64,000 bases of DNA from Octopus vulgaris. Lineage: Eukaryota. The stretch covers positions 7,812,001 to 7,876,000 of the forward strand of contig OX597820.1 of assembly GCA_951406725.2 (NCBI GenBank). Reading direction: 5' to 3'. Made by a program: the position numbers and the translations under genes. The notes under the pieces are model-generated. The model saw nothing but the letters and a program-made list of their open reading frames with translations. It searched no databases and had not been told where the DNA came from. Shown one piece after another: positions 14,306-25,375 of the stretch. The number at the start of each line of letters is the position of its first letter. The stretch's first letter is position 1.

Positions 14306-14498
14306 TATATAGAAGGAGTTCTACAGGACTAGAACTGTTTCATTCAAGAGAAATCTTCAGGAAGCTCTGAAGATTTCTCTTGAATGAAACAGTTCTAGTC
14401 CTGTAGAAGCTCCTTCTATATAATAAATTAATTTTACTCTGCTATGTATTGAGTACCTTATTTACTGTGGTTAACCCCGAATCAACCCGGGACCTACA
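14301..14498 (+). mobile_element. PLE-like remnant with fold-back palindrome and HHR, inside (TA)n
   Basis: Arms 14301-14360 and 14367-14427; HHR on minus at 14316-14367; sister copy 28553-28750. Confidence 0.8.
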
Positions 14499-14610
14499 TA
14501 TATATATATATATATATAAAGATAAATCAAATATAGAGATATTCAATTGACAATCCAATAATTTATTTATATTACATTAAATACTATGAATATAATGTAT
14601 AACATATTAT

Positions 14611-14924
14611 ATCACCGTGATCACCGTGACCGACCAGGCTATCAGATGATGCTACACATCGCTGGTCACAATGCGCTTCGCATTGTTTTACCATTCAAAT
14701 GGCGCCACCCCGCTGGCTAAGCGAGCAGGCCAACAGAAGAAAGAGTGAGATAAAGTTGTGGTGAAAGAGTACAGCAGGGATCGCCACCACCCACTGCCGG
14801 AGCCTCGTGGAGCTTTTAGGTGTTTTCGCTCAATAAGCACTCACCACGCCCGATCTGGGAATCGAAACCGCGATCCTACAACCGCGAGTTCGCTGCCCTA
14901 ACCACTGGGCCATTGCGGCTCCAC
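14611..14924 (-). mobile_element. SINE family C, tail type 1, with TSD
   Basis: Full head and tail; flanking direct repeat ataacatattat at 14599-14610 and 14925-14936. Confidence 0.9.
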
Positions 14925-15034
14925 ATAACATATTATATAATAAATAATTATTTAAAAAATAAATGTCCAAAAAATTGTTTCGACTTATATATATTTTTTC
15001 TGATATCCATAATCATAATTCCATTATATATATA

Positions 15035-16648
15035 CAGTCACTTCAGGGTCTTGGCTTTAGAAAAAGACGAAATTCCGTGTGAAAGGACGGCTGGATTTGA
15101 AGGTACCAGTGAATTGGATGTTTAACACACCCCTTTGAAGGTACCAGTGAATTGGATGTTTAACACACCCCTTTGAAGGTACCAGTGAGTTGGATGTTTA
15201 ACACAATTCTTTGAAGGTACCAGTGTGTTGGATGTTTAACACACCCCTTTGAAGGTACCAGTGAATTGGATATTTAACACACCCCTTTGAAGGTACCAGT
15301 GAGTTGGATGTTTAACACACCCCTTTGAAGGTACCAGTGAATTGGATGTTTAACACACCCCTTTGAAGGTACCAGTGAATTGGATATTTAACACATCCCT
15401 TTGAAGGTACCAGTGAGTTGGATGTTTAACACATCCCTTTGAAGGTACCAGTGAGTTGGATGTTTAACACAACTCTTTGAAGGTACCAGTGAGTTGGATG
15501 TTTAACACACCCCTTTGAAGGTACCAGTGAATTGGATATTTAACACACCCCTTTGAAGGTACCAGTGAGTTGGATGTTTAACACATCCCTTTGAAGGTAC
15601 CAGTGAGTTGGATGTTTAACACAACTCTTTGAAGGTACCAGTGAGTTGGATGTTTAACACAACTCTTTGAAGGTACCAGTGAGTTGGATGTTTAACACAA
15701 CTCTTTGAAGGTACCAGTGAATTGGATGTTTAACACAGCTCTTTGAAGGTACCAGTGAATGCATCTATACCTCGCCGTATGTCGTTCATTGGTTCCAAGA
15801 GACAGAGTTAAGTCGAAAAACGACTTAAGTTGAATTAACGTGTCTCTAGGCTAGGTTAAGCCTCTAGGTTAGATTAATAACTGAAAATGGTTATTATTGG
15901 TTTAGCCTAGAGGCTTAACCAATAATAACCGTTTTCAGTTCTGTACTTTATTTTCTAATGTATTTTCAATAATATGGGGTTAATAAAAACCATTTGTGCT
16001 AAACTCTTGTTCTTCTTATGTACACCCATCGATACAGTTGTCCAATTCATCCCAAAAGATTGTGCAATTGCTACCGTGTTTTCACCTTTTCCATGGCGTT
16101 TTATCATAGCCAGTTTATCTTCCAGCGTTATAGCATGGCGCTTAGCACTTTCAATATGAATATTGTTAGGATCCAGAGGAGCAACAAATAGAGTCACAAA
16201 CGATATGAGAATCGGAAACAGCCGATAAACAAATGTAAACAAATTGAATTTAAAACAATTGCGGGAATGACGAGTGACACCGACGGCTAACGGTAGATAT
16301 TGGAACTACAGTGCAATATGAGCTCCGAAACACCGATAAGGAAGACAACACAGCAGATTTCATGATTCTTTTCACGAAGCTATACTACTTTATGGTGCGT
16401 ATCTTAACATTTACTGTATGTATTTTAATATGATTTTATATGCTTTTATTCTTATTTATTGTACAGTAACATGATTTTATGTGCTTTCAACGGTTTTCTA
16501 GTGACTTTACGATTCCAATATTTGTGGCGGACAGACATAAAGTCGAGTAAAATTACTTAACTTGATTTTTATTTTACGAAATATTATTTTTGAAATCGAT
16601 GTATAATCGAGAACGAGTTAAATCGAAACGACTTAAGTAGAGATGTGC

Positions 16649-16651
<3 letters not shown>
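15035..16651 (-). mobile_element. Tigger/pogo-like internally deleted DNA transposon
   Basis: ORF 15955-16242 has a CENP-B-type HTH (KRHAITLEDKLAMIKRHGKGE..AIAQSFGMNWTTV). Right end reads CAGGCACATCTCTACTTAAGTCG on minus with flanking TA. Left TIR appears split (15035-15039 plus 15767-15786). Internal hairpin 15879-15940. Confidence 0.7.
15096..15760. repeat. 38-bp minisatellite, about 17.5 units
   Basis: Unit ctttgaaggtaccagtga(a/g)ttggat(g/a)tttaacac(accc/atcc/aact); period 38 checked at 15133, 15171, 15361. Confidence 0.97.
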
Positions 16652-16700
<49 letters not shown>

Positions 16701-16761
16701 TCATGCCTGTATTTATGTATATTATGTATGTATGTATGCATGTGTATGGATGTATGTATAT

Positions 16762-16792
<31 letters not shown>

Positions 16793-17060
16793 GATATATA
16801 TATATATATAATATTAGGGTAATAAGAATTACAGAAATTATTATTACCAGTGGCCTAGCACAAAAACATTAGTCAATAGACTATATATTATTCACATAAA
16901 AAATATAATAATCTACACGATATATATATAATAATGTAAACGATATATATATACACACATACATATAACAAACTAAGTTTTTTTTTGGGGGGAGGTACCG
17001 CACGAGAAAAAATATAAGAAAAAGAACCTAAAAATGCAGGAGGTTTTTTAAAAGTATTAA

Positions 17061-17098
17061 CTTAACCGGTTTCACTTATTTACAAAGATTTTCAAAAA
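17061..17098 (-). ncRNA. Minimal type I HHR motif, U3-A8 variant
   Basis: ttt-TTGAAAA-tctt tgtaaat aagt-GAAAC-CG-GTT-aag; short AT-rich stems. Confidence 0.45.
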
Positions 17099-17224
17099 TA
17101 AAGTATGAGGTTTTGTGTATCCCCTGCGATAAGCCAAGCAATAGTCTACATAAAACGTTCAGATCAGGTAATAATTTTTTTGTTTTTTACAATGATAAGA
17201 AAATAAAAATTAGTTTTCTTTTGA

Positions 17225-18445
17225 AGACACCTACATCCACCCTGTGCAGGTCTCTGTGGGCACTTGAAACCCAAACTGTTGCAGTATCTGGTCTTGTACT
17301 CTGATGGTAATGTTGGGATTTTTGGTACTATGCAGTGCTTCCCTACCCATTCTGCTGTTTGTGTAACTTACAATGCCAAGGTTAGATACAAGCTCTTCTT
17401 GAATTTTCCAGATGTATAATATCACGACGACGCTGTGGAGATCTCATTCTTGCTCACAACATCATAAGCGGAAAGTGTAACCTCTCGAAAGAGCTGTTCT
17501 TCACTCCTGATCCAGAGCGTCGGCTGCGGGGTCATTCCGAAAAGCTCTATCTGCGACGATTTCATCTCAATCGAAGGAGAGGGGCTTCCTCCGTCCGGGT
17601 TGCGGATCCGTGGAATAAGCTGCCAGACGAGTTGGTGAAGATGCCGACGACCGCTCGGTTCAAAGTCTCCCTTGACCTCAAGTGGCCTGAACTCTTTACA
17701 TGAACACCACCCTGTACATAACTCCATGTCCCCCTACATGGCCTTGCTTGTTGCTTTTTGAGCCAAAAACTTAACTAACTAACTAACTAACATATCTTTC
17801 CTGCTTTCATTCTAGTGAGTAGAATCTTACCTTTTTTAGTTTCTCCCAGTAGCTGACATGTCACAATGAGATGTGTAGCTTTTTTGGATTGCTTCGAGTT
17901 CCATTTCATACTGTGTGGTGACCACAGTCGGAACCAGTAATCCAAACAGCTGATGACGAATGTCTTTCAGAGGACCATCGTAGTTTCCTGTTTACTCATT
18001 CTGAAATTCCTAAGGATCCGTCCGGCCAACTGTTTGCATTTTATTGTCAATATTGTAGTACGCATCTGGAAAGATGCATCATTACTCATGTCGATGCCCA
18101 GATCGCACACTGGTTTTGATTCAGTGATTACAGTCTCTCCTGGGCCAATGAATTCTGTCTACCTTTCATTGAATTTCGTGTATTAGTAACGCAGGGTTTG
18201 GAGTTCCCCAGCATTAAGCAGGATGTTATTTCCCTCTGCCTACATTGTGTCCATCTGCCTTCTCCAGATGTGTAACGTTTCCAGGGTTCTTTATCCTCCG
18301 GGACATTTTTGTATCGTCTGCATATCTAACAAGGGTAACAATCAGGGCTGCCGAGGGCAAGTCTCAGAGTGCTGCTTGGAATAGCAGCGGCCCCAAAACA
18401 GTGCCCTCTCGAAAGCCAGTCATTATTTAGGCTTTCTTTGGAGAT
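17225..18445 (-). mobile_element. CR1/L2-group LINE RT C-terminal fragment, interrupted
   Basis: Minus strand: KCKQLAGRILRNF..KTFVISCLDY..LWSP..ELEAIQ..SYWEKLK..YSLE..ERY / LYIWKIQEELVSNLGI. Confidence 0.7.
17425..17790 (+). mobile_element. CR1-like LINE 3' end with (TAAC)n tail
   Basis: RRRCGDLILAHNII..LFFT..RLRGHSEKL..RVADPWNKLPDELV..FKVSLD. Confidence 0.8.
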
Positions 18446-18489
18446 ATATTAATATATATACATAGCAAGTAGCCTACTGCTATGGAAGC

Positions 18490-18652
18490 CAAACCAAGGC
18501 CGTACTCGAGCAGGTTGTCCGGACACAACATGTGTAGATCAACTGACCAGAGACATCGGATGCCTCCATGAAGATCTCCCTCAACTAATGCAGAATCGAG
18601 ATGGATGGTATGCGCAGGGTTAAAAATGCCTGAACAAACTCAACTCGATGAT
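18490..18652 (+). mobile_element. RTE-type LINE 3' end
   Basis: GRTRAGCPDTTCVDQLTRDIG...DLPQLMQNRDGW. Confidence 0.6.
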
Positions 18653-18654
18653 AA

Positions 18655-18758
<104 letters not shown>

Positions 18759-18774
18759 GTATGTATGTATACAT

Positions 18775-18960
18775 ATTAGAGGGAAACCACTATGTGGACA
18801 ACCTTATGCTAGAAATAGATCCGCTATGGTCTTACCACTAAGAAATGTTCTCACGAAAAATTTAGCAAAACAAATTTTTCTTGAGAACATTTCTTAGTGG
18901 TAAGACCATAGTGGATCTATTTCTAGCATAAGGGTGTCCACATAGTGGTTTCCCTCTAAT
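18775..18960. repeat. Fold-back palindrome (about 89-bp arms, 8-nt loop) next to (TA)n
   Basis: 18775-18863 vs 18872-18960 reverse-complementary with about 3 mismatches. Confidence 0.95.
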
Positions 18961-19460
18961 CTCTTATTATAAAAAGCAGATTTTATCTGCCTCCCTTTGG
19001 GAGTTATACAAATCTACAATATAGGATTTCTTCAATTACAATTTACCTTGCATTTTTAAGAGTACAATGCATCGCGTCATGCCAGGTCCAGTTTTTAAAA
19101 TTTAAACTCCAATTAAGCAAAATTTACAGAAAACTCACATTCTGGTGTATGTGTCAAATGCTTTTCTTAGTCTGGTTTACAGCACACGCAAACGCACACA
19201 CACAGTGGGCAACGAATAAAATGAAAGTAATTGACTTACTGTAGTGAGTGATTCTTTCACTCTGCCTCCCACTTCCTCTTTCAACACATAGACACGCAAA
19301 TATATAAATAAAATTGTAAGCTAACGTGCGTGTGTGTGAGTGTGTGTGTGCGCGCGTGTGTGTGTGTGTGTGAGGGTGCGTGTGTGTGTGTGTGTGTGTG
19401 TGTGCGTGAGTGTGTGACAGGAAAGTTTTTTACGACGAATATAACACCTATATCCAAGTA
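18960..19460 (+). mobile_element. Non-autonomous Helitron-like element (family H1); 3' end uncertain
   Basis: Starts A|TCTCTTATTATAAAAAGCAG; first 270 bp match 20856-21126 in reverse. Confidence 0.55.
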
Positions 19461-19576
19461 GTAGAAAGATAAGACAGTAAAGTGTGATTTGAGGGAGATT
19501 TGGCTGCTATTTCTACCATGTCTAGCTGCCATGTAGGGGTCTCCCTCATAGGCTCATACATACATATATACATAGA

Positions 19577-21126
19577 CTAGCAGTATCGCCCGGCGTTGCT
19601 CGGGTTGTAAGGGAAATAACTATATAAGCATTTTTAGAGAGTTATAGCCAAAAAATGCATTAAAAATTGAAAAAAAATTAAGGTAAATATTTTTTAAATC
19701 GTTGACACATCGTAGATATTTTTAGAGAGTTACTTCCCTTATATAAAAGCGAAAAAAATGCATTAAAATGGAAAAATATGATGGTAAATTTTTTTTAAAT
19801 CGTAGACTCATCGTAGACGCACGCTAATACCCAGAAGGGCTCGATATGAATCACGACTATAAGATACCCGCTTTTGGTTAAACTGCACCGCAAAATGTGG
19901 GAGTAGTTAGGAATCGAAATCGTAGGAGACAGACACACAACTTCACTCTTATATAAAGATGCTTTTTTTTTTCAGTCATAGAGTTAGATTTATGAAGGTC
20001 TTCAGTAGAAAATCCTTCGAATTCTGACTCGCTGCTTGATATAATGAAATTCGTATCCATTTTTTGTCAGAATTACAAATTTTGAAAACACAATAGGAAC
20101 AAATTTCGGAAAAAAATCTCCCATAATTCACGGAATTAAAATTACACTTCGATTTTTGTACAAAACTGTAGTTGAAGTGTTTACGAAGTATAATACGTGT
20201 TTTCACGAATGTACTAAAGAGATTTGCTCTGATATTCTCATTTAAATATGAATAGGTAAATTCGGGCGGCTTGGTAACTATATATAAGTGTCGTCTGTTT
20301 ATACATAAACACTGTTTCATACTGCAATTATGTATACATATATCTATATATAATATTATATAATAAAATATATACAGAGTAAAATAAAAACCAATTTACC
20401 TTTTCTGTCCTCCGTGTGTCTTTGCAAATGTGTTGGAATGATAAGTGAGTTGTGTTTTTGCGCCTTTTTTACTAATAACAAACACACACGTGTTTGTATG
20501 TAGTTGTATGTGTATGTAGTTGTATGTAGTTGTATATGTATGTGTATGCGTGTGTGTGAGGAATGACACACACACACTCTCGCAAGCACACATGTACATC
20601 AATGCTTTCGGAGTGATATGTTAAAATATTGAGTTTTCTCGAATTTTGTCTTAATTGGGGGTGAAATTGAAAGAAATATATTATGGCATGAGCGAATGGA
20701 GTACTTTGAAAAATCTTAGGTAAATTCTAATTGAAGAAATTGTGAGGAGTAAATGGTTATGTATTTATTTGTTTCTGTTTGCTGTGTTTTTTTATTTTTT
20801 GAGTAGTGGTTTAATTACTTTCAGTTTAGGCTTCCTCAAATCACTCTGTCGCTATTTACTTTCATTTTATTCGTTGCCCACTGTGTGTGTGCGTTTGCGT
20901 GTGGTGTAAACCAGACTAAGAAAAGCATTTGACACACACACAAGAATGTGAGTTTTCTGTAAATTTTGCTTAATTGGAGTTTAAATTTTAAAAACTGGAC
21001 CTGGCATGACGCAATGCATTGTACTCTTAAAAATGCAAGGTAAATTGTAATTAAAGAAATCCTATATTGTAGATTTGTATAACTCCCAAAGGGAGGCAGA
21101 TAAAATCTGCCTTTTATAATAAGAGA
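19577..21126 (-). mobile_element. Composite non-autonomous Helitron (H1 5' end, captured DNA, complete H2 unit 19577-19959)
   Basis: Minus strand A|TC...CCCGAGCAACGCCGGGCGATACTGCTAG|T. Removing it restores an exact 107-bp repeat junction. Confidence 0.85.
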
Positions 21127-21497
21127 TAAGACAGTAAGGTGTGATTTGGGGGAAATTTGGCTGCTATTTCTACCAGGTCTAGCTGCCATGTAGGGGTCTC
21201 CCTCATAGGCTCATACATACATATATACATAGATAAGACAGTAAGGTGTGATTTGGGGGAAATTTGGCTGCTATTTCTACCAGGTCTAGCTGCCATGTAG
21301 GGGTCTCCCTCATAGGCTCATACATACATATATACATAGATAAGACAGTAAGGTGTGATTTGGGGGAAATTTGGCTGCTATTTCTACCAGGTCTAGCTAC
21401 CATGTAGAGGTCCCCCTCATTGGCTCATATATATATACATACATAAGACAGTAAGGTGTGATTTGAGGGAGATTTGGCTGCTGTTTCTACCAGGTCT
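21127..21497. repeat. 107-bp tandem repeat (about 3.5 units; first unit displaced to 19467-19576)
   Basis: agataagacagtaaggtgtgatttg... recurs at 21231, 21338 and 21441. Confidence 0.95.
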
Positions 21498-21544
21498 GTT
21501 AGGCCTTCTCATGTAAACTCAAGCTTTCTCATGCCTTGAACTCG

Positions 21545-21660
21545 TTTTATTTTTGTAAGCATTGTACTTATTCTATCTGTTTCCTTTGTCAAACCACTAG
21601 GTGACAGGGATGTAAACAAACCAACATTCGTTGTCAAGCAGTGGTGGAGGACAATCACAA
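21545..21660 (-). mobile_element. SINE family B fragment (diverged)
   Basis: Similar to the reverse complement of the family B 3' half. Confidence 0.6.
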
Positions 21661-21751
21661 GCACAGACACGCACACACACACACATACATGCATACACAT
21701 ATACACACATACATACATACATACATATATATATATGTGTGTATATATATA

Positions 21752-22076
21752 TTGCAGCGTGGAAGGTGTTTGTAAGCCATTTAAGAAACACACAAAAACC
21801 GTTACATTCACTTCAACATTTAAATTTAATTTGCCAAAATATTTTCGTCGCTTTGAGACCGCGACCTGTTCACTGACAAAAATATCGTGCTAACAGGTCG
21901 CGGTCTCAAAGCGATGAAAATATTTTGACAAATTAAATTTAAATGTTGAAGTGAATCTAACGGTTTTTGTGTGTTTCTTAAATGGCTTATAAACACCTTC
22001 AACGCTGCAACTGTTTTCGTTCCAGCACACGATCTCAGATCAAGTCACTTGCTATGCAAGTACATCTCTGTAACTA
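21752..22076 (+). mobile_element. PLE-like remnant with 119-bp-arm fold-back, flanked by (TA)n
   Basis: Arms 21752-21870 and 21892-22010; HHR-like fold at the turn. Confidence 0.8.
21830..21880 (-). ncRNA. Type I HHR motif, G3-C8 variant
   Basis: tttgtca-GTGAACA-g-gtcgc ggtctcaaa gcgac-GAAAATATTT-tggcaaa. Confidence 0.6.
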
Positions 22077-22172
22077 TACATATATTTATATATATATATA
22101 TATGTATATTGGTAAAAACAGTAAGATAACAAAAGAAAGAAAGAGACCTCAATATTATGTAAATAGAGGAAA

Positions 22173-22567
22173 TCTTTATATATAAAAGTGAGGTTGTGTG
22201 TCTGGCTCCTACGATTTAGATTCCTAACTACTCCCAAATTTTGCGGTGCAGTTTAACCAAAACCGGGTATCTTATAGTCGTGATTCATATCGAGACCGTC
22301 TGGGTATTAGCGCGCGTCTACGATGAGTCTACGATTTAAAAAAAAATTTACCATCAATTTTTCCCATTTTTAATCCATTTTTGACATATATAAGGGAAGT
22401 AACTCTCTAAAATTTATTATTAAATCTCAGAACGTAAAAAGCTACAGTAACACCCCTCCCCCTTTGTGGTTAGCCATATTGAGATGGCTATTATACTTTA
22501 CATCTCTAAAAATGCTTATATAATTATTTCCCTTACAAACCCGAGCAACGCCGGGCGATACTGCTAG
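22173..22567 (+). mobile_element. Non-autonomous Helitron family H2
   Basis: A|TCTTTATATATAAAAG ... GC-rich hairpin cccgagcaacgccggg, then CTAG|T; homologous to 19577-19959. Confidence 0.9.
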
Positions 22568-22687
22568 TATGTATATAATACAATTTTACTTAACCTTCAG
22601 TTTTTTATATGCTAGACCACTGGTGTGAAATCGATGTTAATTAAATTAATATCTAATTCCTCACCCTCATTTTAAATTTATATATAC

Positions 22688-22853
22688 AGGCGCAGGAGTG
22701 GCTGTGTGGTAGGTAGCTTGCTAACCAAACACATGGTTCTGGGTTCAGTCCCACTGCGTGGCATCTTGGGCAAGTGTCTTCTGCTATAGCCCCGGGCCGA
22801 CAAATGCCTTGTGAGTGGATTTGGTAGACGGAAACTGAAAGAAGCCTGTCGTA

Positions 22854-22941
<88 letters not shown>

Positions 22942-23098
22942 CTGGTGTGTTTACGTCCCCGTCACTTAGCGGTTCGGCAAAAGTGACCGATAGAATAAGT
23001 ACTGGGCTTACAAAGAATAAGTCCCGGGGTCGATTTGCTCGACTAAAGGCGGTGCTCCAGCATGGCCGCAGTCAAATGCCTGAAACAAGTAAAAGAGT
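22688..23098 (+). mobile_element. tRNA-derived CORE-like SINE family B
   Basis: TGGCTGTGTGG A box, GGTTCAGTCCC B box, CORE-like CTTGGGCAAGTG, internal TA/GT run, (AAAGAGT) tail. Confidence 0.9.
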
Positions 23099-23185
23099 AT
23101 ATATATATATATATAATATGGTATAATTATAAAAAGGCAGATTTTATCCATTTCCCTGCAGACTGAAAAACGAATGATGAAATAA

Positions 23186-23226
23186 CCTTAATCGATTTTC
23201 CAACCTTATTGGGTTCTCATCAGAGG
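23186..23226 (-). ncRNA. Minimal type I HHR motif
   Basis: cct-CTGATGA-gaacc caata aggttg-GAAAA-TCGA-TTA-agg; palindromic stem III. Confidence 0.7.
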
Positions 23227-23252
23227 AGTCTACACCATTCTGTCTGTCTGTC

Positions 23253-23336
<84 letters not shown>

Positions 23337-23656
23337 GTCATACAGCGATGTGCAATATGCTGTACAGTATATATACAGCATACGCTCTATATATACTGTA
23401 TACAATGCTGTATATTCTGCTATACAGTATAACTACACCAATGACTGCAAAACGGTGGCGTGTATCATGGCATAGAGTATAAATACATAACGGAGAGTGT
23501 ACAAGTGATTTGATATCAAAGTATTTAATCTGAAGCCATCAAAGAAAATATTCTGATAATGCGGTTGTTTATTAAATTCTGGTTTAATTCCTGAAATACA
23601 ACCGAAGCCATAGATTTGGTGTTCTTCATCAAGTGAACAATATCGTCAAATTAATG

Positions 23657-23761
23657 TACTACTACTACTACTACTAGTAGTAGTAGTAGTAGTAAAATAG
23701 TAGAAGTAGTAGTAGTAGTTGTAGTAGTAGTGGCAGCAGCAGCAGTAGTTGTAGTAGTAAT

Positions 23762-23817
<56 letters not shown>

Positions 23818-23950
23818 CAGCAGCAACAACAGCAGTTGTTGTAGTAGTAATAGCAGCAACAGCAACAGCAACAGCAGCAGTAGCGGTAGTAGTGGTAGTA
23901 GTAGTAGTAGTAGTAGTAGTAGCAGTAGCAGCAGCAGCAGCAGCAGTAGC

Positions 23951-23986
<36 letters not shown>

Positions 23987-24015
23987 CGTGGTTGTGGTGG
24001 TTTTGATGGTGATGG
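23657..24015. repeat. Compound (TAG)n/(CAG)n/(TGG)n trinucleotide tract
   Basis: Direct reading. Confidence 0.95.
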
Positions 24016-24108
24016 TTGCAAGAGAGGTTAAGTGTTATATATAGCAAATGACCCAAGATTCCAGTATTGAAGTGTGTGTGTGCGCGTGCGCTTTTGCGTG
24101 CGTATGTT

Positions 24109-24176
<68 letters not shown>

Positions 24177-24478
24177 TGTGTGTGTGTGTGTGTGTTTGTC
24201 TGTGTTCATGTGTGTGAGTAAGTGTGTGGAAACCTGAAAAAGTAAATCCAGGAAGCCGTGGTTTCGGCAAAATTAATGACGTCCACTAAAGCTATTCATC
24301 CGTTTTTACCTTTTGCAAATCAAGAAATTAAGCACACACACACACAAACAAAAGACGAACACACCTTACACACAAATATGTGTGTGTATGTGTTTGAGTC
24401 TGTGTGTATATTCATGTATATTCATGCACACGTATACACGCACACACGCATATATATATATATATATAAATATATATG

Positions 24479-24553
<75 letters not shown>

Positions 24554-24556
<3 letters not shown>

Positions 24557-24724
24557 CGCAGGAGTGGCTGTGTGGTAAGTAGCTTGCTTACCAACCACAT
24601 GGTTCCGGGTTCAGTCCACTGCGTGGCATCTTGGGCAAGTGTTTTCTGCTATAGCCCCGGGCCGACCAATGCCTTGTGGGTGGATTTGGTAGACGGAAAC
24701 TGAAAGAAGCCTGTCGTATATATG

Positions 24725-24774
<50 letters not shown>

Positions 24775-24999
24775 TGTATGTTTGTGTGTCTGTGTTTGTC
24801 CCCCTAGCATTGCTTGACAACCGATGCTGGTGTGTTTACGTCCCCGTCACTTAGCGGTTCGGTAAAAGAGACCGATAGAATAAGTACTGGGCTTACAAAA
24901 GAATAAGTCTCGGGGTCGAGTTACTCGATTAAAGGCGGTGCTCCAGCATGGCCGCAGTCAAATGACTGAAACAAGTAAAAGAGTAAAAGAGTAAAGAGT
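24554..24999 (+). mobile_element. SINE family B, full length
   Basis: Same structure as 22688-23098 and 57570-58017. Confidence 0.92.
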
Positions 25000-25233
25000 A
25001 TATATATATATATGAGTGGATTTGGTCGGTGGAGACTGACAGAAACCCACTTTCTACAACCGCTCATACCTATATATTTACTAGTTTCAAAAACCGTTAT
25101 TGACTAATAAACGGTTGTATGAAACTCTCAGTAACAGTTTGGGGAGTATCTTTCAGTTTTAATAAAATGATATTTCACTCTATCTCTGGTTCAATTCTAT
25201 ATTTAAGTGATGAGGAATTATTTACATTATTTA

Positions 25234-25270
<37 letters not shown>

Positions 25271-25375
25271 GTTATTGTTATTGTTGTTTTTATTATTATT
25301 AGTAATATTATTATTATTATTGTTGTTGTTGTTATTATTATTATTGTTGTTATTATTATTGTTGTTATTATTACT

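Noticed and set aside
15096-15760. CRISPR array
   Set aside because: Units are head-to-tail with no unique spacers, there are no cas genes and the context is eukaryotic; it is a minisatellite.
19878-20060. piggyBac-like N-terminus (SESEFEGF)
   Set aside because: Only a short acidic motif, with no TTAA/TIR or catalytic domain.
18960-21126. Single DNA transposon with 270-bp TIRs
   Set aside because: Better explained as two inverted Helitron H1 5' ends: A|TC starts, no TSD, and the right copy belongs to a unit whose excision restores the tandem repeat.
23126-23148. Third Helitron H1 copy
   Set aside because: Only about 23 bp resemble the H1 start, and the TC terminus and body are absent.
23646-24209. 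Cys/Tyr-rich 187-aa ORF as a structural protein
   Set aside because: Pure TAG/CAG trinucleotide tract that is open in several frames.
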